DNA of 62,943 nucleotides, the filler included, from Reclinomonas americana ATCC 50394 (lineage: Eukaryota): assembly GCA_048213135.1 (NCBI GenBank). It is 17 parts of 17 records of this genome, joined end to end, with 100 filler letters (N's around TTAATTAATTAA, not from the genome) between each part and the next. Parts side by side here need not be neighbours in the genome. Positions count along the whole stretch, not along the records: positions 34,172 to 39,266 come from AFZH01022674.1; positions 39,367 to 42,988 come from AFZH01022675.1; positions 43,089 to 45,639 come from AFZH01022677.1; positions 45,740 to 50,020 come from AFZH01022678.1; positions 50,121 to 51,481 come from AFZH01022679.1; positions 51,582 to 53,899 come from AFZH01022680.1; 11 more parts are not named here. One strand, given 5' to 3'. Every line of letters begins with the position of its first letter. The first letter of the stretch is position 1. Made by a program: the position numbers and the translations under genes. Below are positions 39,126 through 52,435 of the stretch, in pieces. The notes beneath the pieces are model-generated. The model ran no database searches and was not told the DNA's origin. It saw only the letters and a program-made list of their open reading frames with translations.

Positions 39126-39767
39126 CTGGGGAGGGGAAAGGGGTGAGAACAAAGGGAGAGGGGGGCAAAAGGGGGACAGGGGAGAGGGTGGGGTGAAGGG
39201 GGATAGAGGGGGAGAGGATGGGGAGAGCGGATGGGGGAGAAAATGGGGGAGAGCGATGGGCGAGAGNNNNNNNNNNNNNNNNNNNNNNNNNNNNNNNNNN
39301 NNNNNNNNNNTTAATTAATTAANNNNNNNNNNNNNNNNNNNNNNNNNNNNNNNNNNNNNNNNNNNNCCCCCTGTTCCTTCCCCCCGTTCCTTCCCTCTCT
39401 TCCCTCTGTTCCTTCCCCCTGTTCCTTCCCCTTCCCCTTCTCCTTTCCCTCTATTCCTTCCCCCTGTTCCTTCCCCCTTTTTCTTCCCCTGTTCCTCCTT
39501 GCTCCTCTCTCCTCCTTCCCCCTCTTCCTTCTCCCTGTTCCTTCCCCCTGTACCTTCCCCCTGTTCCTTCCCCCTGTTCCTTCCCCCTGTTCCTTCCCTG
39601 TTCATTCCCCTTCTCCTTCCCCTGTTCCTTCCCCTGTTCCTTCCCCTGTTCCTTCCCCAGTTCCTTCCCCTGTTCCTTCCCCCTTTCTATCCCCCTGTTC
39701 CTTCCCCTTCCCCTTCCCCTTCCCCTTCCCCTTCCCCTTTTCCTTCCCGATTCTCGTCCTCCTCCCC

Positions 39768-42700
39768 CTATTGTTTTTCTAGCAATTGCGACTCACTGTT
39801 GCGCTGCCTCAGCAGCTCGTTCAGCGACTCAATCATCTGTGCCACAGCGCGCTTCGGCGCAGCCTGCAACGTGGACTCCACACGATCGAACAGCGTTTCG
39901 ATCATGGCCTCGGCGGTGCACAGAGTGCCATTGTGCGTTCGAATCCATCGCGGGAACCACACTGCGTGCGCACAAGAGGGATTAGATTGAGGGGGAGAGG
40001 AGAGCAGAAGAGAAGCAGCACGAACTCTGGAACTCGGACTGGATAACATCGTCCGTCGGACCGCCATCCTGACAGAGGTGCAGCAGGCGCGCACGCAGTG
40101 TCTCCAGGTCGGCATCTGCAGCGCAAAGGCAAGGAGAGGAGAGTGTAAGGAAAGATGACAGACTGAGTAACGAGAAAAGAGATAGACAGAGAGAAAGAGA
40201 GAGAGACAGACAGACAGAGAGAGCGCCTGACACAAAGAAAGACAGTCATGTTTGAAAATACTCCAAGCTCTCTACATCTCGGAAGTTACATCTGCTTCAT
40301 TTTCACCCTTTTTCTTTCTCTCTCTGTCTCTCTCTCTCTCCGTCTCTCTCTTCTCACTGGCATTGTTGCTTGCCAATTTCGTGCTCAGAAACTGCAGCAG
40401 CGTTTCTTCTTCGTACTTGTACAGAAGGGTACCACAGAGAAAGAGAGAAAGAGAAAGAGAAAGTCTGCAACCACTCCTCCATCCGCCATGTAGGCAGGGA
40501 AAGAGAACAAAGTGCGACAAGTGGAAGGATTTCTCTTCTTTCTTCCTCTCCATCTCCCTGTCTTCGATCAAACTGTCATTCATTCTCCCATCATCGCAAA
40601 CTCTCTCTCCACAAACTAATCAGTCGCTTCTTCTCCTCCTCGATCATCTCAATCAGTCATTCATTCCTGCACTTCCTCCGCTCTTGCACCAACGAGAATC
40701 TCTGCTTGCAATATCCACCGTTCTCATTCTCAACACGCAATCGCCCTCACTGTCTTCTACTATCTCCCTCTCCCGTTGCATCTATCTTCTTCTCTCATAT
40801 TCTTCATTCTTTCGCCTTGCTCATGAAGGACTGAAACAATCTTCCACCTGTACCCTGCCCCTCTCCCCCTGTAATCTCTTTGCCAATTCTCCCCATCTCA
40901 AGCATCTCTCCCTGTCTCTCTTTGCCAACTCACTGTTTCTCGCTGAATGCCCCTCTTTCTCTCCCCTTTCCTCTCCCTTCCCCCTCCCCCTCCCTTTTCT
41001 TCTCCATTTTCCTCTCCCTTTTCCTCTTTCTTTTCCTCTCCCTTCCCCCTTCCCCCTTTTCCTCTCCCTCCCCCTTTGCCCCCCCCCTTCCCCTTTTACC
41101 CCCCTCTCCCCTTTTTGCCTCCTCCGCACCTCTCTCCATCATGTTCTCGCGCAACAAATGCTCCTCAAACAACCGCACCACCACCGCGGGATCCGCATTC
41201 TGACTGCGCAGCAACTGAAAGTGGGCGAGTTCCCGCGCCAGAGTCGACGCCCTGCCCTCCGCCTGCAACTTGGCCATCAAATCCTCCACCATGCTCAAAT
41301 CGGTGAAACCGTCGCGCAGCCGCCGCAACACATCACGCAAGCGGACCACGCGGGACGACGCCGAGCTGGAGCCCGTGCCCGACGGCCGGCGACCCGATCC
41401 ACCCGCACTCCTCTGCCGACTGGACACGGACGATGATCGCGAGCGCGATAACGTCGCATCACCCTGCTGCTGATTCTGCTGCCGCCGCTGCTGCTGCTCC
41501 TGCAGCTGGAGTTGTCGGTTCAGATCGCTGAGGTGATGGTCGACGGTGTGCTGTCGCTTGTTCTCCAGCGCCTCCTCAATGGCCGACGACAGGTCGCCCT
41601 GGTGGCTCGGCCGATTGCGCACCGACGAGTCGCCGAAACTAAACTCGCTCCGCTGATCGGTCTCCAAAAAGTGATTGCGAGGCGAGCAGTTGGCCGACAC
41701 CACCGTTGGCGAGCCAAACGTGAGCGAGGCCGTCGACATGGCCGAGTCTTCGGGCAGCGCGACGCGCAACTCGGCCGCCGTCACGCGTGCACTGCTGCTG
41801 ACCAGCGCGCCGGCGGCAGTGGGGGCCTGCGAGTAACGCCGCGAGAGGCGACTGACCCGCGAACGCCGTCGATAGGCGGCCGCGTTTGGCGAAGCCGCCC
41901 ATGTCATCTCTGCGAGAGGAGAAGTGAGGAAGAGGGTGGAAGGTGAGGAGTACGTCTTTCTTTCGCCTCACGCACCTTCCTGTCGCGCAGCCACCTCGGG
42001 TGGCACATCGCGCACCGTGAGTGGCATTCCCTGGTTGTTGGCGTACGCCTGCTCATTGCACGATTGTGAGTAAGAGAGCAACTCAGCCTTCTCTCCACCG
42101 CGAAACGCAACAGCCTTGAGCAGCGCACGAAAGGAGGCAACGCGCCACCGCATCACCACTCGCGCGTGCTGCTTCAGTGCCTCCGACTCGATGCGCACCA
42201 GATTCGCCTCCAGGCCCACTAGCGAGTTGTCGCGGTACGTGCGAGTGATCTTGTCGGCCACGTCACGCATGGCGTCACGGGCCACCCTCGTGCGCTGCTT
42301 CGTGAGTTTGTCGGCCAGCTCCTGCTTGACAGCGGTGGCCGCGTCGTCAGCCTTGGAGACAGCCACCGCCTCGTCAATGGCACGACGGACGCGACTGGCA
42401 CGCCGCCGCGCCAAACCACCCAACGGCACCAGCGCCGCTAGATCGCCACCCGCTTCCTCTGAGCGCGCCGACGAGGCCGCCGACTGACTGCCTCCGGTAC
42501 CCTCACTGCGTGGCGACGGACGCAAACTCGGCGGCAACGACTGCACATCCTCCGGGGCCACTCGCCACTCCCACAGAGTCGGCGTGTACGCGTAGAGGGT
42601 GGTTTCCTGCGCCTCGGCATCCAACTGCGCACCAAACGTGGTGTTCGAGTTTAGGAGCCACGGTTCGTCGTCCTCGAGGTATCGCTCGCGAGCCGCCTGA

Positions 42701-43270
42701 CTCGACAGCAAGCGAGGGGCGTTGGGGTCGAGTTCCATGCGTGCTCGTCGGCGGTTTTTGCACTCCTTTCGAAAGGGGAAGGGGAGGGGAAAGGGTGAGA
42801 GGGGGAAAGTGAAGGGGAAGGGAAAGGGAGGGGGAGGGGAAGCGACGGGGGGAAGTGAAGGGGGGAAGCAAAGGGAGAAGCAAAGGGGGCAAGCGAAGGG
42901 GAAGCAAAGGGGGAAGCAAAGGGGAAGCAACGGGGGAAGTGAAGGGGGAAGTGAAGGGGGGAAGTGAAGGGAGAAGAGGAGGGGAAGCNNNNNNNNNNNN
43001 NNNNNNNNNNNNNNNNNNNNNNNNNNNNNNNNTTAATTAATTAANNNNNNNNNNNNNNNNNNNNNNNNNNNNNNNNNNNNNNNNNNNNAGAGAGAGAGAG
43101 AGAGAGAGAGATGCACAGGGCAGTGGGTAGACAGAGCAAGCGAGGAACGAAGAAAGAAACGTGAGCATGAAACTGTCTCCGAACAAAATGATGAGAAACG
43201 AAACAGAAGAGAGTGACAGAGAGATTCCGAGATGCAGACGTCTGAAGGTCCACAGAGAACACAGCGGATG

Positions 43271-43306
<36 letters not shown>

Positions 43307-44475
43307 GTGGCACAACAAGACAGGAGAGATGAAACCTCAGCAATATTCCTTGCCTCTCTCTGTTCCCTTACCCCCTTCCCCTGTTTACCTTGCTGTGCCT
43401 GGATGCGAGGTGATTCGTGTACCAATTATGAAAGAACGACTTCTTGCACCGACGATGCGTCTTGCGGAGGAGGCGGTAGAAACGGGTGAAACGCACTCGA
43501 GCCTCCAAACCAATCCACCACTCCTCGATCACGGCCACGGCCTGAACGCGCTGCTCAAAGCTGGCGCCCACCGGCGGCACCTCCAGCTCGATCCACCGCC
43601 GGTGCAACTCCTCGCTCCACGACTGTGCGCGAGTGACCAGTGCCTCGCACATGCTGAACAGCGCCTGCAGGTGACCGCGCGCCTGGATCACGTCGATCAG
43701 TGCCAGCGGACCGAATTCGGTGTCCAGCGGGGCTGTAGCTTGTCGGTGAGCTAATGGGAAGGGAAAGCCAGGTGGTGTGCGCACATGCGCAACTTCTCTC
43801 CGTGACCCTGTCGATCAGCACATCGCCGTTCACACTCCGCAAGCTGCGCTTCAGCACGGCGGCCTGCAGAAAAATGTAGAGATCCAGCAGGACGCGCTCG
43901 TCGGCCTTGATCAGCTGATGCGCCTGCTTCAGGTCGCGCAGGAGAGTCGCCTCGACCTCCAGAATGGCCAAGTCGTCGCGCGACGTCACCAGCGTGGTTG
44001 ACGGAGCAGTGGGATTGAGATCCAACACGAGATTCTCGCCATCAACTTTCGGTCCCATGGTCTCCACGCGACCATCCTTCAGGATCACCGGCTTGCGTGA
44101 CGACTGTGTCGCCGCGAGTGAGTTTTGCTGGAGGACCGCACGTGCCGCTGCAGACTCGCGCTGCTTCCGCTCGCTCTCCACCGAATTCACGAGACGATTG
44201 GCCGAGGTGAGCAGAAGAGGCACTCGCTGGCGGGCGTGCGCGTGAGATGAAGGGAGCAGGTGGTGTGAGCAGTGCGTGTGCGCAACGAGAAAGCTCTCGA
44301 GGCCCTGGTACAGTCGACTGCCCGGATTCTTCTCGGCCACCACCAGACACTCGAGTCGAGATTGATGCCTTGCACGCACGAAAATGAGCACACATACACA
44401 CACACACACGCAGACAGAGACACACACATACCCTGCTTGCTGGAAGGACAGCAGCAGCGGGCGAAGATCGCCCAT
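39768..44475 (-). CDS. Large multi-exon helical/coiled-coil protein of unknown function (possibly more than one gene; spans a gap)
   Basis: Exons at about 44475, 44370-44287, 44228-43794, 43752-43388, 42770-41977, 41909-41130 and 40120-39770 show coding-like composition and mostly compatible splice phases. No family recognised. Confidence 0.55.
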
Positions 44476-44671
44476 TCCCGTTTCTCTACAGAAACCGACA
44501 CCGCACTCGGTCGACCGGAGCAGACAGGTGGAAATCCTTGTGACAACTCACGCAAAGGAAAATGGCGTCGTCGCTCTACGGTAAGCCACGCACTTGTGCA
44601 GCAAAGAGAGGCATGCATGCAAGCGCGCGCTCATTGTTTGTTGTTTGTTTGTGTGTGCACAAAAAGATGCC

Positions 44672-45786
44672 ATGTCGGAGGCGGGCGTGGAGCTTGTGCG
44701 CGACGGGCAATGTGCGCGTGTGTACCTCGACAATGGATGCATTGCGTGGATTGTGTTGGATCGACAGGACCGCACGGCGAATGTGATGGACGAGGCCTTT
44801 ACGCGCGACATGACAGAGGCATGACACACACGCACACGCGCAAGAGAGAAGAGTGTGTGTGTGTGAGAGAGAGCGTGTGTGCATGTGTGGCTGATTGATT
44901 GCATTTTCTTTGTCTTGTCTCTCAGGTGCTCGGAGTTGTGGAGGAGTTGACCAACAAGAAACAGGCGCTGGCGGTGGCTCTGATCAGCGCCAAGTCGAGC
45001 TTTGTGGTGGGCGCTGATGTGACGATGGTTTGTGTGTGGGGTGCATCAGCTGGCGTTGCATCAGTGGTGGTGCTGAGTGGTGTTTTGGTTTAGATCTATC
45101 CGATTGCGGATAGCAGCCAGGCGGCGTTGGCGGCGCGGACGGGACATGCGTTGCTGGTGAGGGGACGGTGGAAGTGGTTGGGGAAAGGGTGGAACGTCGC
45201 GTGGGTGGTGGCTGATGTTGTGTGTGTGTGATTGCAGAATAAGGTCGCTAACAGCAAGATTCCGGTGTGCGCGTGCATCAATGTTGCGGAAGGGGAAAGG
45301 GATAGTATGGCAAAGGGGGGATGGGAACGGGAGAGAAGGCAAAGAAGGAGAGGAAGGGAGGGAGGATGCTGCATGAACGAGGGGAGGGAGGAAGTGAGTA
45401 GAGATTGGAGCTTGGTCAGGGTTGACAAGTGAGGAATGCAGCAAGAAGAATGATATGCGTTGGCAAAGAGGGAGGGAGAGAGAGAGAGAGAGAGAGAGAG
45501 TGAGAGAGAGAGAGGAGGGAAAGTAGTTGTGTTTAGTATAGTGACGAGGAGGGAGAAGGTAGGTAGTCGACAGTAGGTAACGTTAGTAACTTCCGTTGGT
45601 TCGGACGAAAGGTAAAAGTTACGGAAGGAAGGGAAACGGNNNNNNNNNNNNNNNNNNNNNNNNNNNNNNNNNNNNNNNNNNNNTTAATTAATTAANNNNN
45701 NNNNNNNNNNNNNNNNNNNNNNNNNNNNNNNNNNNNNNNAGAGAGAGGAGGAGAGGAGGTAGAGTAGAGTAGTAGTAGTAGAGTAG

Positions 45787-45861
<75 letters not shown>

Positions 45862-48800
45862 GAGAGAGAGAGAGAGGGGAAAGCATTGTGCTGTATATGC
45901 AGAGGGAGAAGAGGTATGCATGGAACGTTGAATCCTGTTGGCAGGAAAATTACGAGAGGAAACGAGGGAGAGCGAGAGACAAGTGAGAAGGGGAGAGAGG
46001 GAGAGGGAGAGAGACTGAGAGGGAGAAGCAGTGCTCATCACAACGAAGAGGGAGAAGAAGGAATGGCACGGAAACCTGCTTGCAAGAGAAAGAAGAGAAA
46101 GTCTATTTGCGTGAGAGAGAGAGATAGAGGTAGAGAAGGGAAAGGCAATGCGCTGTAAATGCAGAGGAGAAGAGGAATGCGGAATGGAATGCTGAATCCT
46201 GGTTGCAAGAGGAAGGAAGAGAATGAAAGTTAGGGAAGGCGAGAGAGACAGGAGAGATTGTGATGCACAGAGGGGAATGCAGTGCACAACACAATAAAGA
46301 GGGAGAAGAACCATGCAGAATGGCACGGAAGACTGCTTGCAAGAGGAAGGAAGAGAATGAAAGTTAGGGAAGGCGAGAGATAGAGAGACAGAAGGGACGG
46401 AGAGATGCAGAGAGGGAGAAGCAGTGCGCAGCCCAACACGATGGAGAAGAGGCATGTAGTCGGCTGGGACAAGAAGAGGGAGTGCAGCAACAAGAGACTG
46501 GGGGCAGAATCGAATCGTTGGGGGTGCAAGATTGCATCCTTCCCATTCCGCGCTCTGCTCACTCTTTCTGTCTCACAGGGCACTTGCCTCGGTGGCGGCC
46601 TGGAAATCGCACTGGCGTGCCACTTCCGTGTGAGCACCGACGAGAGGAAGACGGCGATTGGATTGCCGGAGGTCAAGCTCGGTCTGCTGCCCGGTGCTGG
46701 CGGTGTTGCGTCTTTGTCTTAGGCAAAGCACAGCTTCAGGGAGTTTGGAACGCTGATGATGTGTGTGCACACGCAGACGGTGCGTCTGCCCAGGTTGATT
46801 GGCGTGCAAAAGGCCCTGCAGATCATCTTGGCAGGAGGTGCGTGTGGTCATGAGTTGCTCCATGATCTTGATGTGTTGTTCATGCTGGAATTGCAGGCAC
46901 GGTGAACCCGGCAAAGGCCAAGGCCATTGGACTGGTCGATGCCGTGGTCGGTGGCAAGGATCGCTACAAGGGCGAGGGGCGGTGAGTTCAAGGGGAAGGG
47001 AAGGGGACAGGGAGGAGAAGGGGGACAGGGAGGAGAGAAACAGAGGGGAAAGCAGAGAGAGAAGCAGAGTGAGAGGGGGGGAGAGAGAGACACAGAGGGA
47101 AAGGAGAGAGAGCCGCAGAGTGAAAGGAGAGAGAAGCAGAGAGAGGAAAAATACAGAGATAAAGTAGAGAGAGAGAAACAGAGGGGAAGGAGAGAGAGCA
47201 GCAGAGTGAGAGGGGGGAGCACAATGTATGATGCAGCGTGTTTGATAGAAAGAAACCATGGAGAATTTGCAGACCTGAGGTATCGCGTGTTTGTCGTTAT
47301 GTTCCTGTGTACGCGCGTGTGCCTTGAGAGTGTAAGTTCGTGTTTTGCGTTTGCAGTGGTGAGGCAGCGCGTGTTTCTCTTTACATTCGTGTGTTCGCGC
47401 GTGCCTTGAGAGTGTAAGTTCGTGTTTTGCGTTTGCAGAGCTGAGGCAGCGCGTGCTTCCTTTTACGTTCGTGTGGTTGCGTGTGTGCCTTGGGAGTGTA
47501 CGTGCGTGTTTTGCGTTTGCAGTGGTGAGGCAGCGCGTGTTTCTTGTTACATTCGTGTGTTCGCGCGTGCCTTGGAAGTGTGCATTCGTGTTTGGCTGAG
47601 ATGTTAAAGAGCCGAGGATTATGTGCTTGTGCTGCGATTCAGAGAGTTAAAAGTGAAGACAGGTAGGGAACAGTTACGAGACATAGAGAAGAGGAAATGC
47701 AGAAAGTGTGAGGAGAATTCCATGTGTTGAAGTTCCACTTGCAGCTGATAAATGCAGAGGCACCGTTCGTCTCCCGTCTCACTCTCTCTTCCCCTTTTCT
47801 TCCCATCCTCCCCTCTCAGATTTTTCAAGGAATGCCGCGTGTTCGTGGCCAAGCTGCTCGACAAGCCACCCGTCCGCAAGCCACGCGCCAAGCCGCTGTT
47901 TGACAGGCTGCTGGAGGACAACTCGCTGGGCCTGCATTTCATTGAGAAGCAGTCGGTGCAGATGCTGGACAAGGTGAGAGCGTATGTCAGTCGCATTTGA
48001 CAGAGCTGCGAGATCCAACCTGTGCCACACACAGATGTCCAAGGGAAGGTACCCAGCTTCGTACCTGGCGCTCAGCTCGGTGCTGCATGCGGCTCGCCAG
48101 CCGAACATTCAAAAGGTAACGCGAGTGCAGAACAGCAGAATGATGTCTTCAAGAAGCTGACGTCGTGCTTCACAGGCGTTCGAGTACGAGGCGCGCCTCT
48201 TTGGCCTCCTGGCGGCCACCCCCGAGTCGAAGAACCTCATTTCCATTTACTTCCTCACCGAGGTGAGAGAGATGCATTCCTTTTCTGCATATCGTGCCTG
48301 TCCTCACACCACTCTGCAGGACGCCAAGCGGCGTGCCAAGCTCACCGACAACGCTCCGGTGCAGCCGGTGCGCAAGATTGGTGTCATTGGCGCGGGTGTG
48401 ATGGGCAGTGCCATTGCGCAGCTGTTTGCGCAAAAGGGATTCAAGGTTTACATGAAGGTTTGTCGCAGAGAGGAAAGGGAGGGATGGAGAGAGAGAGAAT
48501 GAGAAAGAGAAAGATAGTCTCCCCTCTTCACTTTCCGCTCACGCACTCATTATGAGTGAGTGCTGACAAAGTGGGCATTGGTGGAGGGAATCTGACCCCA
48601 GTGTTGGAAGTGTTATTGTCTCAACACTCTCTTCGCTCCACCAGGACATCAAGCAAGAGTTCATCGACAACGGCATGAAGAACATTCGTTCCCTCTTCGA
48701 AGGCCTCGTCAAGCGCAACCGGTTTGTTTACCATCTTCTCTTCGCTCCTTTTCCTGCTCCTCCACTCATCCCCCTTCCCCTTTACAAAGCATGTCCGAGG

Positions 48801-49672
48801 AGGAGGGCAAGGCGGCGCTCGCCCGCGTCTCCGCCGGCGTGTCGTACGAGGGCTTTGCCGACGCCGATGTGGTGGTGGAGGCAGCCGTGGAGGTGATGAG
48901 CCTGAAGAAGCGCATTCTGCAAGAGTGCCAGCAATCGATGCCGCCGCACTGCTTGTTTGCCACCAACACGTCGTCGCTGTCGGTGACCGACTTGGCCACG
49001 GCCGCCACTCGCCCGGAGAACGTGCTCGGCATGCACTTTTTCAATCCGGTGAGCCGGATGCCGTTGGTGGAGGTCATTCGCGGTGCCAAGTCGTCCATGT
49101 CGGGTGAGCGAAGGGGAAGGAGAAGGGGAAGGGGAAGGGGAGGGAGAAGGGGGAGGGGGAAGGGGAGGGAGAAGGGAAAGGGAGGAGGGGAAGGGGAGGG
49201 GGAGGGGGAGGGAGGAGGAAGGGAGCGAGGGAGGAAGAACGGATAGAATGGATGTGTTTGTGAGAGAGCGATGATGCGAGAGAAAGAGAGAGAAAGAGAG
49301 TGTGTGTGTCTGCGATATAGCGACGCAGAATTAGAGAGAGAGAGAGTGAAAGCAAAGACACAGGTGCATGAAGACACGGGCGAAGTAGAGTAAAGAGACA
49401 AGGCAACGCACACACAATGTGTGTGTGTGTGTGCGTGAGAGAGAGAGAGCAGAAGAGCGCGCAGTTCTCCCCTTCGCTTTGTGAATAATTGCAATCTGTG
49501 TCTCTGTCTCTTCTCACCGACAAAACGAGAGAGTGCGGGTCAGCACGAATGTTTGACTGCTTGAAGAATGAATGAGTGTGTGCGTGTGTCAGAGAGAGAG
49601 AGAGCAGATGAGTGCTTCTGTGTGTGATAGAGAGACAGCGATGGAGATACTACGTGTATCTGTGTGTGCGCG

Positions 49673-49705
<33 letters not shown>

Positions 49706-51027
49706 GCTTGACAGTGATATAGCGACACAGAATCAGAGAGAGTGAGAGAGAAAAGCAAAGACAGAGGTGCGTGATGGCACGGAGCGAAGAAGGACTCTGT
49801 CATACACATTGCTCGTATCCGTCTTGTCTCCCTGTCTCATCCTCTTCCCCTCCCACCCTCCTTTCCCTCCCTTCCCATCCCTCCACCTCCCCCTTTCCTT
49901 TCTCATCACCCTTTCCCCTTCGCCAGGCGTTGCCACCATCTACCAACTCACCCTGGACATTGGCAAGACGCCGGTCATTTGCGGTGACGCACCCGGTTTC
50001 GTGGTGAACCGCATTCTCGGNNNNNNNNNNNNNNNNNNNNNNNNNNNNNNNNNNNNNNNNNNNNTTAATTAATTAANNNNNNNNNNNNNNNNNNNNNNNN
50101 NNNNNNNNNNNNNNNNNNNNAGAAGGGGAAGGAAAGGGGAAAGGCAAGGAGGAAGGGATCTGAGAAGGGAAGAAGAAGGGGAAGGGGAGGGGAGAGATAC
50201 GAAGAGCAAAGGAGTGTGACGATTTATAGTCGAGGTTAAGAGGTGGCTTGTGTTAAAGGATGCGTGTATGTGCGTCTCTGTTTCTCAATTGTTGCCCCTC
50301 ATTTGTTCTCTTCATTCTATCCCTCGTTTCTTCACTCTCTTCTTGTGTCGGTTCTTCTCTCTCCTCAAGTCTCTCATGTCTTCTCTCTTCTCTCGTCTCC
50401 ACTCTCCCCTCTTCTCTTTTTACATTCTCCTTTCCTTGCCCCTCATTGCCGCAGTCTCTTCTTGTCTCGCAGTTCTTCTCGCATATCTCGGTTCCAGTTT
50501 TCTCTCTTCTCTATTTCTATTCTTCCTCTTGCCCCCCATTGCTGCACTCTATTCTTGTTTTGCGATTCTTCTCTCTCTTCAAAGCTCTCATATCTTCTCT
50601 CTTCTATCCCATGGTATCTTCACTCTTCATGCTCCTGTCGTTCCTTGTCCCTCAATTCTTCTCTCTTATCTTGTCTTCGCCCTCACCCATCTCTTTCCCT
50701 TTCCTCCCCCCCCCGTCAGATCATGGGCACCGGTTTCGCACCCTTCCGCGGTGGCCTTCTCAGCTACGCCGACTACCTCGGCGTCGCAAACGTCGTGAGA
50801 AGACTCGGCGATCTGTCCAAGTCGGTCGGAGCGCGCTTCGCTGCCTCGCAGAAGCTGGTGCGCATGGCCACCAACAACGAAAAGTTGCGTGCCTTCTCTC
50901 ACTTTCTCATCCCATTGATGGATCGTGCCACTCACTTGCTCTCTCTCCCTTCAGATTCTTCCCGAAGCGCGTGACGGTGCCAGGCGAGCCAGGCTCCTCG
51001 CTGCCGCTGCTGCGCGCCAAGCTGTGA
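44672..51027 (+). CDS. Fatty-acid beta-oxidation multifunctional enzyme (enoyl-CoA hydratase + 3-hydroxyacyl-CoA dehydrogenase), FadB/FadJ type, ending in PTS1 -AKL
   Basis: [113 protein letters not shown]. Ends LRAKL*. Confidence 0.95.
47319..47580 (+). repeat. Intronic minisatellite, about 82-84 bp x 3
   Basis: GTGCCTTGAGAGTGTAAGTTCGTGTTTTGCGTTTGCAG... recurs at about 47319, 47401, 47485 and partly at 47567. Confidence 0.85.
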
Positions 51028-51133
51028 GCGCCGCCTCCATGGGGAGAGAGAAGAAAATGATGCAAATCAACTGCTACTCTCGATAATCGAGTGAACGAAC
51101 AAAGTCCAAAAAAACGGAATGCATCGCTATTAT

Positions 51134-51581
51134 TCAGAGATGACTGAGCCGCTCCTCCAGCTCGCCCAGCTGCTGAATCTCCCGCCGCAGTTCCTCAATG
51201 TGCCGTCGCGATGCATCTGCCGACCACGACTCGCCATTCGGCTGCACGTGAAGGCAAAGTTCATGGCAAGATGGAGGCGTGAAGCAGGAAGCGACGGAGG
51301 AAAAACAGCAGCAGGCAAAGTAGGCAGAATCGCAGGAGACGAAGCAGAAGACGAACTCATGATTCCCTTTGCTCTCCTCTCTCTCTCTCTGTGCCTCTTT
51401 TGTCACCCTGTCACCTGTCACCTGTCCTGCTTCACTGCTCTCTCATTTTCTCTAACCCGCTCCCTTTCTCTCTCTCTCTCTNNNNNNNNNNNNNNNNNNN
51501 NNNNNNNNNNNNNNNNNNNNNNNNNTTAATTAATTAANNNNNNNNNNNNNNNNNNNNNNNNNNNNNNNNNNNNNNNNNNNN

Positions 51582-51655
<74 letters not shown>

Positions 51656-52385
51656 CTCTCTCTCTCTTTCTATCCCTTTCCCCCTCAAACCTTTGCACTC
51701 GTCGCACTCCGCCTCGACTCCCCATCCAACCACGCCGCACGAATCGACGCAGTTGTCTCCACCCCATGCCCCCCTCCTCCTCCTCCTCCATTGCTCTCCT
51801 GCCCACTCCCCAGCGCCGCCAGCGCATCCTGTCTCCACGAGGCAGCCTGCTGTTGATGCTGATGCTGATGTTGAGCAGCAGCAGCAGTAGCCACCTTCTG
51901 CTGATGATGATGCGGAGGAGCCAGAGGAGGCCGCGGAGACAACCGCATCGTCAGCGCAGATCGCGTCAAACCCAGTTGCTGCAACTGCGCTCAACGGAGA
52001 AGTGAGAAAAACGAGAGAAAGAGGGGGGAGGGAAAACACAGCACACGAAACGCAGAAATCAACGAGTTCTCGCTCCGAAGACAATGACGACTGCGCAATG
52101 GCCAGTTCCGTGCGTAACCTGTGATTCTCATGCTCCAAACGCACCTGGAAAACAGCAAAATAAGTCGCTCATCATGAAGAGACAGTGTGCCTCTCTCTCT
52201 CAGTCTCTCTTCTCTCTCTGTATGTCTGCCTGTCTCTCTCTTCTCTCTGTCTGTCTGTCTGTCGCTTCTCTTGTCTCTCTTTCTCTCTTGTATCTCTCTC
52301 TCTCTTCTCTTGCCTCTCCCTGCTCTCCTCTCTCTGTCTGCATCCCTTCCACTGTCTGGCAGTCTCTGTCCTCTCTTCTCTCTCT

Positions 52386-52435
<50 letters not shown>

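Noticed and set aside
46704..46777. Reading the shifted donors as non-canonical TT-AG introns (exon ending in G, then TTGCGT)
   Set aside because: Keeping the G in the exon frameshifts or corrupts conserved motifs ([23 protein letters not shown]). Cleavage before GT restores them.
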